Assembly: GCF_009914755.1 (NCBI RefSeq)
Contig: NC_060930.1
DNA from: the human T2T-CHM13v2.0 reference genome, Homo sapiens
Length of the DNA stretch: 64,000 nucleotides
Strand: one strand, 5' to 3'
Both the position numbers and the translations under genes were made by a program. This document shows, piece after piece, positions 14,057 to 26,158 of the stretch (its first letter is position 1; each line of letters begins with the position of its first letter). The notes beneath the pieces are model-generated. The model searched no databases, was not told the DNA's origin, and saw only the letters and a program-made list of their open reading frames with translations.

Positions 14057-16020
14057 GTGAGTATTCTATACTATAGAATGATTCCTTGTGTAATCGCTAA
14101 CAAGCTGCCTCTACAGATGATCGATTTATCAGTAAGAAACCATCATATATTCATTTACTCAAGATGGACTGAAATAGTCCATTTATGTCACATTTATATG
14201 TAATTGTTTATATATTTTTTTAATTTCTTGAATTTGATATTTGATTTTATGGCTTTGAGCCTTATACCCGCCCCTAGAGCAGAGTCATGGTCATGACAAT
14301 TGTGTTTAAGAAAGATGAAATATATTCCATGTATTCTTTCACCCAAATATTAAATAGAAAAAGAATGCTCTAGTCTTCTCGCAAATAAATGTCAAAGAAA
14401 AGGCCAAAAGAATCCACAAGGAAACAAATCAAACATTCCTATATTATTATTAACAATACAGTTTGTTGCTAGTTTAACAAATGGCTCAATTCAAAACAAA
14501 ATTTTCAATCCATTGCATTTTCCTATGTTATGATAACTCGGCTTCCTTCTTGAGTTGTTTATAATTTCTCAGCACTAAAACGTTCTCCATTCATTTTCCT
14601 ACTTTATTTTCCCATTCTGTTTTTCCCTCTGTTCTCTTTGACTTTAGTTTTTACTCATCCCTGCAGTAGTATTTATTGGAGTTAGTATGTTAAAGCTATA
14701 AAGCTAATAGAAATACAGTTTGTCATGCTATTGTGTGTCAGTGTGGACAGGCACTGCAGTGAGTTAAGAAACGGATATTTTTAAATTGAGCCTAGCTGTA
14801 GTTTTATATATTGTTAACCCAGTTTCAAAAGATCTTTTTATTGTATGAAATATCAAAGAACAGGGATGGGTAAAACTCCGGCTAGTACTGCAATGGTAGT
14901 GACCCATGGTGTGGGGGAAATCCTTGTCAGCCAGGCTTTTCGAGTTATCTTGGCCTGCTAGAAGACCCCTCTTCTCCAATCTAAGATACTTTCTTTCCTT
15001 TAGGGAAGAAAGATTTTAGTAGCATATTGTATTACAGTTGTTAGTACGAAATCAATTCAACAATGAAAATGAACTACCATCCAGTGAGAGGAACTACCAT
15101 CCACCCAGTCTATGGGATCACTTTCTTTGGAATGCTTTTTTCTGGCTTTTTTTTTTTTGACATAACTAGAATACAGCTCCAGGAAGGACTTAAGTGGCTA
15201 CTAATGTATAGAAGAGCCAATTTGGAGGAGGAAAAATTCACGGCTAGAAAAGAAGGAAAATTTTGTGTTTTTGCTTTGCTGAGGAAGAGTAGAAGCAGCA
15301 TCTCATTTTGACACAAAACAAACCAAAAAGGTTCATTGCTTTTCATGATAGGTTCCTGGGAAATGCTTGTTGAATTAAGTTTTAAGCATGCTCAAATGCA
15401 GACCCTACGCTCCTAAAAAACACAGAGATTATGTCTTACTGGATGCCTGATCCAATACCTAGAAGAAAAAGGGAAGAGCACATTTTGGGTAATTCTTTCT
15501 TGATCCTGTGAGATAAATAGTGCCAAACCACAATGGAGTTTGGTTATCTGAGGAACTGTTTCATAGATCTAGAAACTTACCGCGTGTTGATCTTAAGTGC
15601 TGCATTGGCCTTTATATCCCATTTTCCTGGAGGTTTGGGAAAGAGTGAGACACTTCAGATTTGACTCCAGCCCTTTTTTTCCTTCCTTCTAAGTTCACCT
15701 AAGCATATTTATTTCTGGAAACAGAGGCATATTTCCAGCCTAGAGAGGCTGATAACTGGCTTATGATTTCCTGACCCACTATTGTACAGCCAAGGGAGGC
15801 AGAAGAAAACTGGGAGAGGTCATCTTTCCCTGAGCAGTCACAGGAAACTGAATGGCCTAACTTACAAACACTCTACTCAGCCCGTTTGTGTCTTGGTTCT
15901 TCCACATAGATTGCTCTTGTTCGTTTGTTTGTATGTTTCATCTCCAGCTTTTGTTCAAGAACAGTAGAAAAGTATGTGATACAGTGTGGTTTTTAAGGAC
16001 GTTTACTTTAACTAGGTCAT

Positions 16021-16320
16021 CTTTTTTTTTTTTTTTTTCTGAGACGGAGCCTTGCTCTGTTGCCCAGGCTGGAGGGCAGTGGCACTATCTCGGCTCACTG
16101 CAACCCCGCCTCCTGGGTTCAAGTGATTTTCCTGCCTCAGTCGTCCCGAGTAGCTGGGACTACAGGTGCGCATCACCATGCCTGGCTAATTTTTGTATTT
16201 TTAGTAGAGGTGGAGTTTTGCTATGTTGGCCAGGCTGGTCTCGAACTCCTGACTTCGTGATTCGCCCACCTTGGCCTCCCAAAGTGCTGGGATTACGGGT
16301 GTAAGCCACCGTGCCCGGCC
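16021..16320 (-). mobile_element. Alu (S-like)
   Basis: Alu consensus; TSD taactagg(t/g)catctttt. Confidence 0.9.
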
Positions 16321-16574
16321 CTAACTAGGGCATCTTTTCTGGCAAACTAGAAAACTAATTCACAGAATAAAACATTCAACAATTTTTAGAGCCCATCACT
16401 AGTTCAATAAACATGAGTCAGATGCCAATAAATGTCATTAGTTTTCATTGGTGACCACAGGACAAATTATATTTCTTAGTGTCAATTCACCATGCCAGTC
16501 CTTACTTGATGTCTTTCCTAATTATTTTGGTGATACTAGAGCTTTTTAAAAAGACATATTACATATACGTATTT

Positions 16575-16623
16575 ATATTATATTATATTATATTATATTA
16601 TATTATATTATATTATATTATAT
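16575..16623. repeat. (TATAT)n pentanucleotide repeat
   Basis: Seen directly. Confidence 0.95.
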
Positions 16624-17287
16624 TTAGTTATTCATTTTAGAACCAGTTCCTAAAAACTGATAAAATAGAAAGCAACTTTTGGTACTTAAAAGTTCAACTT
16701 TTGCTAATCAAGAAAGGTGATGTATTTAGCTGAGAATGTAATTCTAGCCATGTCTTCTATAGAGAAAAATGAATTAGGCCATTGAGTTCTGCATATATTT
16801 TTCCCCAACATTTTATTATGAAAATTTTTAAACATGAAGAAAAGTTGGAGGAATTTTACAGTAAATCCGCATATATCTACCATCTATAGTCTGTCATTAA
16901 CATCTTGCTTTATGACATATCTATGCATCTGTTGATCCAGCTTTTTTTAATGCACTTTAAGTTTATGTGTGTCTTTTTCATTTGCTAAAAACACCCATAT
17001 GAGGCCAGGTAAGGTGGCTTATGCCTGTAATCCCAAAGCCTTGTGAGGCCAAGGCAGGAGAATTGCTTGATGCCAGGAGTTTGAGACCAGCCTGGGCAAT
17101 ATAGTGAGATCTCATCTCCACCAAAAATTGAAAAAACAAAACATCTACATGGAAACATGTAAAAAGCAGAAAGAAAAACAAATCCACAAAAAAATTTGGC
17201 TTTTTGAACCCATTTTATCTGAATTAACAACTCAAGAAGATAATACTCCAATTGCTGGTATTTTTATACTTTTCTTTCTTCTTTTAG

Positions 17288-17308
17288 CTCATCCACAAAA
17301 TTCTCTGG
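17288..17308 (+). CDS. PHACTR2: Candidate 21-nt alternative microexon of PHACTR2 (LK-PHPQNSLE-KNEEE)
   Basis: Long polypyrimidine tract plus TAG ending at 17287; donor TGG|GTAACA at 17309; phase 1/1 matches the host intron; no stop codon. Confidence 0.55.
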
Positions 17309-19676
17309 GTAACATTGCTCGCTAGGCGGGTTTCCTGTGGTGCTTGCTGCTGTTTAACCACATGTATTATTTGTTTATTTATCGGAAATGCTTCTTGCGG
17401 GTCGTCCGAAATGTTCGCCCCTCTCTGCTCTGATGAGAGTCACTGAGAGCAAGATTTGTCAATGAACCACGTCACTTCCTTCATGCATATCCCACCAGCC
17501 TGTTTAAATTGACCAGAAAGATTTGCATCCTACTTTATAATTAGTCCTCTAGTGAATCAAAAAATGAAGGAAGCATACAAAAAACTTGGTGTATTTTCAA
17601 ATACTGAGTTTAAGGTTTAAACTTGACTCTATGAGAGATTTTACAATGACTGTTTAATAAGATTCAGAGAAGCTGTCATGGTAGCTCATGCTGGTAATCC
17701 CAGCTACTTGGGATGCTGAGGCGGGAGGATCACTTGAGTCCTGGAGATCAAGACAAGCTTGGACTACATAGGGACAGCCCATCTCTACAAGATGAAAGTA
17801 AAGATTCAGAGGAACAGTCATGTTGGCTTCCCTCTACCTCTCACCCTCGTCCTCTAACTTCACTAAAAGTACAATTTTGAACATGGAAAACTTAAAGAAA
17901 TCAGTTTCTGATGTCAAAAATGAATTCAATTCCCTAACTGCATTTGGCCCTTCTCTTTTTAGACATCACTGTTACCTGGTAGCACTAGCTGAACAATATG
18001 CTTAATAAGGCAAAACTTTCAAATATTCCCTTCAAGGAAATATCATTTTTGCGTATTTAATGACGACTGGAGCATTTGTTAGCTTTGGGATGTATTATAT
18101 CCAATTTTTTAATCTTTGAAAAGTACCTTAAAAATATAGCATAAATACTGTATAGGAAGAATTGACAAAAATGTTCTCAGAATTATATTTTTCTTTTTAT
18201 TAATAATGTCATCAATATCACTAACAATATCATCACTTTTTATCAACAATATCAACAATGTTATTTTCACTATCGTGTCACCTTGTAAAGCTCTGGTTTA
18301 AATCACAAGAACCACAGTGTGGCATTTGTTTATTATGTATTTTGACAATCCACAAGCTTTATCCAACTCATATGAGGTAATTCTTTGAACCTAAGTATGC
18401 ATTTTTAAGGATATGAAAGGATATATATTTTGTGAAGCAATTAAAACCCTAGAGTACTTTCATAGGAAGAAATTTAAATTATAACCAAATTTGTTTGACT
18501 GGCACAAAATGAAAGGATATTAACTCATTGTTTCTTGTCTTGTGGATGATTACAGTTTATGTCCACTCTTTGTCTAATCACCTTCTTTCTTATGCATTAA
18601 AGTTATTATTTCAGAAGAACATAGAAACTTTTCCCTGTTCAGAGAAGGAAAACTGATAGAGAATTTAGCCTGTTCAACTAACAAATACAGCTGTTGCAAA
18701 TATTGAATACTGATATGTTATTCACAGTAAAAATAATCTTAGTTGTAAGAAGTCTATTTGAATTATAAAATAAATATATTTCATACCTGTCATGGATTAA
18801 AAAAATTTTTTTTAATTGAACCCGGGAAGCGGAGGTTGCGGTGAGCCAAGATCGCGCCACTGCACTCTAGCCTGGGTGACAGAGCGAGAATCCGTTTCAA
18901 AAAATAAAATAAAAATAAAAATAAATAAACAAATAGAAGAAGTTTTCCTTTTTCAACCTTTTGGTCAAGGCTTTATATGGTGTTATTTTCCTGCAAAAGA
19001 GTTCATAATAGCACTTTCTAAAACATAATCTTTCATAAGCATCGGTATCCAAGAAGCAAAATGTATGCTCACTGATCAAACAGATGATCAGCTAAACGAA
19101 GCAACAGAGAGATGTTCCTCAAGTAAGCAACAACCAGCAAAACCTGAAGGGGTGTTTATTTCTTTAAAAATTTTGGACATTTTTCTTTAAATCCCATCTG
19201 TTGGGCAGCATAAAATCGTACTACTTGGTGAATCACTAGAGAACGAGAAGACTTTGGAAAGGCAAAGTCACAAGAAAATAAATAATTTCCACCCAGAGTA
19301 CATCATAACCTCATTTAGAACATTCTGGTTTGAAAGCAAAGTCCAAGGAAATGCTTACATTCTGCTTCTATGGAAACGAAGGAAGACAAATCAAATATTT
19401 TGGTTGGATTTGAGTGGAAATCAGCAGCTCAGACATGCATCGGATGGTTCTAATTTGCTCTTTTAATATGTCTCAGATTTTCACACGAAGGCCAGATCCA
19501 GAAGTAAATTTTTATCTGAATTCTGGTAAATTGTGCTTATAAGCCCATGAAATGATCAGCAATAGAGGGCTTTCATTAGAATATGGGCACTCCTGTGGTT
19601 TTTTTAAGAATACAACAAGACATCAGGAAGCAAAAACGTTTAAAATTAGTAAAGCAAACCAGTCCTACAAAAAAAG

Positions 19677-19678
<2 letters not shown>

Positions 19679-19720
<42 letters not shown>

Positions 19721-19729
19721 TGTGTGTGT
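19679..19729 (+). repeat. (TG)~25 microsatellite
   Basis: Seen directly; one TA interruption. Confidence 0.97.
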
Positions 19730-19895
19730 AAGATGATCAACCTTCCTACAAAATATTTTGACAACTTTTTAACAATGTTGGTTGTGTGTTTGATCATTAT
19801 TTGTTAGAGTCACATGATCGTGGCCTGATACACTTTTCTGAATATGAAATCATCTATAGTAACTGTCATCACGACTTTCCTCCTTTAATAAACAG

Positions 19896-19957
19896 AAAAG
19901 AATGAAGAAGAGGAACAAGAAGCAAAAATGGAACTTAAACGCAGACTCAGCAGAAAG
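19896..19957 (+). CDS. PHACTR2: PHACTR2 coding exon (62 nt; RPEL3-4 spacer KNEEEEQEAKMELKRRLSRK)
   Basis: Acceptor aacAG ends at 19895; donor AAG|GTAATG at 19958; frame continuous. Confidence 0.96.
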
Positions 19958-20022
19958 GTAATGAAATCATAACTATTAATGAGCATATGTGTTTTGAGAT
20001 ATACTTTTAAAAAAAAATACTA

Positions 20023-20343
<321 letters not shown>

Positions 20344-21317
20344 CTATGAGTGATGTTTCTGATTGTGTGTTGTGCTAATTTTGAATAATTAACAAGGGTT
20401 TTAAGTTGCATTTACTCCATGAAAGTATGTACTCTGTGTGAAAATTTTTAAAGACACAAAAAAAGAAAAAAATAAAATCATGTCTTTCATTCAGAGACAG
20501 CCATTATTAACATTTCAATGCATGTATTTCCATTTTAAAAAATTGTTTTGAGTCAGGTGCAATGGCACGCACCTGTAGTCCCAGCTACTTGGAAGCTGAG
20601 GCAGGAGGATTGCTTGAGCCCAGGAGGTCAAGACCAGCCTGGACAACATAGTGAGACCTTGTTTCAAAAAAAAAGAATTAATTGAAAATTAATCTCGCTT
20701 GATTAGAACAATGAAAAAAAAAAAAGAAAAAAAGAAGTGAAAAAAGTTTTTAATTATGATAAAAATTATTTCTTAAAATGCTCACACTTTCCATTTAGTG
20801 TTGGAAATATTAAACAAGTAAGTAATTTGTTACTCCTGAAGATTTCCCACTATTCCACATCACAGCTGGGTAAGTAATTTATTAAGTGAACTTGATCATC
20901 CAGCCTGCCTGCTACAGTGCTACCCAGATTGACAAATGTCTTACCTCCCAAACTCAGACAATTGTTGCCACTTATTTATGAATATATAAATCTGATGTTA
21001 GGGCCATCACTTTTTTCTGTGTTAAAGTAATAGCCTTTGGAAAAATCAAGCACCATCAGAGTTTATATTTCATTATAAATCCTTCTAATCATTCTTCAGG
21101 CATACCTTATGCACCTAAAAATGGATAAAGTGACTAAAATGTGACATCTACATGAAGTGTGACCTGACCCACATTTTTGTGGGCTGGCCAGGGAGTCTTC
21201 AACAAAAGCATTCCAAGGCAGATGGAGGCAATGCTTCATTCCCACAGAAAAGCTATGGGACTATGTTGAAAGTGTTTGGTTCTGTTTTTCAAGGAAAAAC
21301 ATCCTTAATTTATCCAT

Positions 21318-23589
21318 TGTATTAGTCCATTTTCACACTGCTGATAAAGACACACCTGAGACTGGGAAGAAAAAGAGATTTAATTGGACTTATAGTTCCA
21401 CATGGCTGGGGAGGCCTCAGAATCATGGCAGGAGGCAAAAGGCTCTTCTAACATGGTGGCGGCAAAAGAAAATGAGGAGGGGAAGCAAAACTGGAAACCC
21501 CTGATAAACACATCAGATCTTGTGAGACTTTTTGACTATCACAAGAATAGAATGGGAAAGACCGAGCCCCATGATTCAATTACCTCTTCCTGGGTCCCTC
21601 CCACAACACATGGGAATTCTGGGAGATACAATTCAAGTTGAGATTTGGGTGGGGACACAGCCAAACCATATCATTCTGCCCCTGGCCCCTCCAAATCTCA
21701 TGTCCTCACATTTCAAAACCAATCATGCCTTCCCAACAGTCCACCAAAGTCTTAACTCATTTCGGCAGTATCCCAAAATCCACAGTCCAAAGTCTCATCT
21801 GAGACAAGGCAAATCCCTTCCACCCATGAGCCTGTAAAATCAAAAGCAAGCTAGTTACTTCCTAGATAAAATGCGGGTACAGGCATTGGGTAAATACAGC
21901 TAGCTGTTCCAAATGGGAGATATTGGCCAAAACAAAGGGGTTGCAGGGCCCATGGCAAGTCTGAAATCCAGTGGGGCAGCCAAATTTTAAAGGTCCAAAA
22001 TTATCTCCTTTGAATCCAGGTCTCACATCCAGGTCACACTGATGCAAGAGGTGGGTTCCCATGGTCTTGGGCAGCTCCACCTCTGTGGCTTTGCAGGGTA
22101 CAGCCTCCCTCTTGGCTGCTTTCACAGACTAGTGTTGAGTGTCTGCAGCTTTTCTAGACACATGGTGCATGCTGTTGGTGGATCTACCATTCTGGGTTCT
22201 GGAGGACAGTGACCCTCTTTGCACAGCTCCACTAGGCAGTGCCCCAGTAGGGACTCTGTGTGGGGGTTCCAACCCCACATTTCCCTTCTGCACTGCCCTA
22301 GCAGAGGTTCTCCATGAGCCCCACCCCACCCCCAACCCTGCCCATGGCAAACTTTGGCCTGGGCATCTAGACAGAGGTTCCCAAACCTCAGTTTCTGACT
22401 TCTTTTCACCCACAAGCTCAACACCATATGGAAGCTGCCAAGGCTTGGGGCTTCCACGATCTGAAGCCACAGCCCAAGTTCTACATTTGCCCCTTTCAGC
22501 CACAGCTGGAGTGGCTGGGGCACAGGGCACCAAGTCCCTAGGCTGCACACAGCACAGGGACCCTGGGCCCTGCCCACAAAACCACTTTTTCCTCCTGGGC
22601 CTTCAGGCCTGTGATGGGAGGAGCTGTCATGAAGGTCTCTGACATGGCCTGGAGACATTTTCCCCATGGTCTTGAGGATTAACATTAGCTTCCTTGCTAC
22701 TTAGGCAAATTTCTGCAGCCAGCTTGAATTTCTCCTCAAAAAATGGGTTCTTTTCTGCTGCATCCTCAGGCTGCAAATTTTCTGAACTTTTATGCTCTGT
22801 TTCCCTTTTAAAATGGAATGCTTTTAACAGCACCCAAGTCACCTTTTGAATGCTTTGCTGCTTAGAAATTTCTTCTGCCAGATACCCTAAATCATCTCTC
22901 TCAAGTTCAAAGTTCCACGAATCTCTAGGGCAGGGGCAAAATGCCGCCATTCTTTTTGCTAAAACATAATAAGAGTCACCTTTGCTCCAGTTCCCAACAA
23001 GTTCCTTATCTCCATCTGAGACCACCTCAGCCTGGACCTTATTGTCCATATTGCTATCAGCATTTTTGTCAAAGCCATTTAACAAGTCTCTAGGAAGTTC
23101 CAAACTTTCCCACCTTTTCCTATCTTCTTCTGAGCCTTCCAAACTGTTCCAACATCTGCCTGTTACCCAGTTCCAAAGTTGATTCCACATTTTTGGGTAT
23201 CTTTTCAGGAACACCCCACTCCTGGTACCAACTTACTGTATTAGTCTGTTTCCATGCTGCTGATAAAGGCATACCCTAGACTGGGAAGAAAAAGAGGTTT
23301 AATTGGACTTACAGTTCCACATGGCTGGGGAGGCCTCAGAATCCTGACAGGAGGCAAAAGGCATTTCTTACATTGTGGCAGCAAGATAAAATGAGGAGAA
23401 AGCAAAAGCAGAAACCCTTGATAAACCCATCAGATCTCATGAGACTCATTCACTATCACGAGAATAGCATGGGAAAGACCAGCCCCCATGATTCAATTAC
23501 CTCCCCCTGGGTCCCTCCCACAACATGTGGGAATTCTGGAGATACAATTCAAGTTGAGATTTGGGTGAGGACACCGCCAAACCATATCA
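21318..23589 (-). mobile_element. Full-length THE1 (THE1A-like, ERVL-MaLR): LTR 23237-23589, internal 21674-23236, LTR 21318-21673
   Basis: Two ~355-bp direct repeats bounded TGTATTAGTC...CCATATCA. Polypurine tract at 21674-21690 (minus strand). ORFs 22627-23214 and 22129-22548 (-) are internal-ORF remnants. Confidence 0.93.
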
Positions 23590-25450
23590 TTTTTTTTTCT
23601 CAAAGCTCATAAATGTCAAATAATGATCAAACTGAAAGACTTTATTGACTCAATTTCTAGGGATGACTCTAGTTTTCAATGGCCCTTAAGTTACCATCTG
23701 TAGACAATCAATCACCCCCTCCTTATTGCCCTGGGCACAGTCTTGTGATACAAATCATCTTTCTCAATCCAGCTGGGCCCCTCCATGAGGCAGCAGTGCC
23801 AGCCCTTACCCTCTGCACCCACTTGCCTCCACCATACATAGCTCCATGCCGTAGGTGCAGGTCAGCCCGTAGCACTGGTAGCTACCCCATGACTGGGACA
23901 GTCCTGAGGACAAGACTGGATGGAGAATTTCTAACCTATATTGCCATTGGTCACTTTCCTTCTAGCCAGTTCTTAGGAGCAAGGGCTTCTCTACCTCCTT
24001 ATTTCCACCTGCCCCAAAGTGGCAGCAAGAAGCTAGCAATATAGATTGGACAGCAACTAGACTATAGCAGATCACTTAGATTATTCTTTCTCTTGTCCAT
24101 TGCCTACCGGGGCTCTATGAAGATAGAGGGAGCCATAGTTGGCACATCCCTGCTCCAGTGGGCTCAGGGTATGGGCCTAGGCCTTCTAAAAGTCCTTGAG
24201 TGCTTTGAATATTACAGTATTGGCTTAGTTCAGAAGGAAACTGAGGCCCAGGAAAGGGCTGTTAATGACTACAGAATGTAGACCCAGTGCAAAATAAGGA
24301 ATATCTCTGGACAGGTGTTGTGGCTTATGCCTGTAACCCCAGCACTTTGGGAGGCTGAGATGGGAGAATCGCTTGAGCCCAAGAGTTCAAGACCAGCCTG
24401 AGCAACATAGAGAGACCCCCCACCCACTCTGTTTAAATAAAAAAAAAATAAGCAATATCTCCGGAGAGGACCACTTAGATGATGGGTAGTCTGGCTGTAT
24501 ACAGAGTATATATAAGAGAGGAAATATATGAAAATGGGCCCTATGGCTACAATAGAGGTCTAAGTCTACCTCTCTGGAGATAACTGTGATACCACCCAAC
24601 TAAGAAAGACCAAAATGGGAGTGAACCTCCGTAGCAGAGAGTAGATAATGCCTGTTTACCAAGGGGCCAGCTTTCTTTCACCTGTCAGAGTCTTATTCTT
24701 CGGTTTGAGAAAGGACCCAGAAAGAAAAGCAATATAATTACAAATCTGAATTTGACAAAGACCACAAGGAGGAACCGAAGTTGTTAGAAGTATCTTAAAG
24801 GTTGGAGTTGATTTTAAGCAGTGATGGCCTCAAGGAAGTACAGTTCTCCATCAACTCTCCCCTCCCCATTCGTGTACATCGGTTTTTCTGGCCAAGGGCA
24901 TGTGTCTGATTGGGGTCTTGTCCTTATTATGAATATCTTAAGGACAGCTGTGCTGTAGGCACACCCTTTATTGGACCCTTTCTATGTCATAACTTTGTAC
25001 ATTTCTGAGTGTATGGGCTTAATATTATAGGAACAGGTTTTTATTCCCATTTCTAAAAATTCCATGGCTTTTGCCTTGATAATTCAATCACCAAACCAGC
25101 CATTCTGTATCTGGGTTACTATTGTGTCTGCGCATTGCATGTTCCTTGCGTCAGGGATGATAGACCTTTATCACAGTGCCAGGCAAGTTGGGGAAAATAG
25201 CATAATGCAGGTGGTTGCCAAAGACTGTGACCTATCTAAAACGATGATTTTTTTATAGTCTCAAAAATTAGGGCACATGGCTTTCTAGTTCTCATTAGAA
25301 ATTCCCAAGATGCTGTTGCCTTTTTTTTTTTTTTTGATCTGAAAGTGACCTTATTTAACCATAACTTTGAAGTGTTCTCTATAGAAAACTTGCCACCATG
25401 AGGCTGTAAGTGGTTTACTGAACTCTGCCTTTTTCCTTGTCCTCCTGCAG

Positions 25451-25588
25451 CTCAGCCTGAGACCCACAGTGGCAGAGCTACAAGCTCGAAGGATCCTGCG
25501 ATTTAACGAGTATGTAGAAGTCACGGATTCTCCTGACTATGACCGCCGAGCAGACAAGCCCTGGGCCAGGTTAACACCTGCAGACAAG
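25451..25588 (+). CDS. PHACTR2: PHACTR2 coding exon (138 nt; last RPEL plus PP1-binding RVxF-like RILRF, VEV, DYDRR and KPW motifs)
   Basis: Acceptor cctcctgcAG ends at 25450. The exon must end at AAG|GCAAGA (GC donor) to give ...PADK-AAIRK with the next exon. Confidence 0.95.
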
Positions 25589-25937
25589 GCAAGAATCCCA
25601 GTGGATTTTGTGTTGATTGTATTGCTTTTCTGGAAGCTCCAATATCCACATCCCCCCTACTTAAGTCATCCCAGGGGACGAGATCTTACCAAATATTACA
25701 ACAGTTTTCTGCCTCTGATTATTTAAGCCACTTAAGTGATACATTTAGTGATATCAATGTAGTTCTTTCAACTAAGTCTCAGAGAAAAGTAGTTATTTAC
25801 CATATAACCTACCTGCTTTCATACCTGGATGAGGAGGGCTTTCTCACATCCAGGATTTATCCTTACTCTTAGAAAATATAACTTATACAACTTATCATTT
25901 TAAAGGGATATGTTAATAGAAAGGTTTAATCTTCGTC

Positions 25938-26158
25938 GAGACTGGCACACTTTTAATAGAAATGACAAGACAGCAAATAGTTTAGGCTATGTGGGCCATA
26001 CAATCTTTGTTGCAACTGCCCAGTTCTGCCATTGTAGCATGAAAACAGCCACAGACAATGTGTAATTGAATGGATATGTATATGCTCCAATAAAACTTTA
26101 TCTACAAAAACAGATGGTGGGCCAAATTTGACCTGCAGGTCAGGCTTACCAACCCCTA
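25938..26158. mobile_element. MER58A-like hAT MITE
   Basis: gtgggccataca...ctgccattgtagcatgaaaacagcc...ccaataaaacttta signature. Confidence 0.75.

Noticed and set aside
22319-22343. C-run cluster (G-quadruplex on the minus strand)
   Set aside because: Local expansion inside THE1 internal sequence with no evidence of function
21402-23612. Long overlapping ORFs (up to 195 aa) as a novel gene
   Set aside because: Entirely within THE1 LTR and internal sequence; fragments of the known MaLR internal ORF and its alternative frames
25567-25575. CAG|GTTAAC as the true donor instead of the GC site
   Set aside because: It is 19 nt upstream, would frameshift, and would delete the conserved LTPADK
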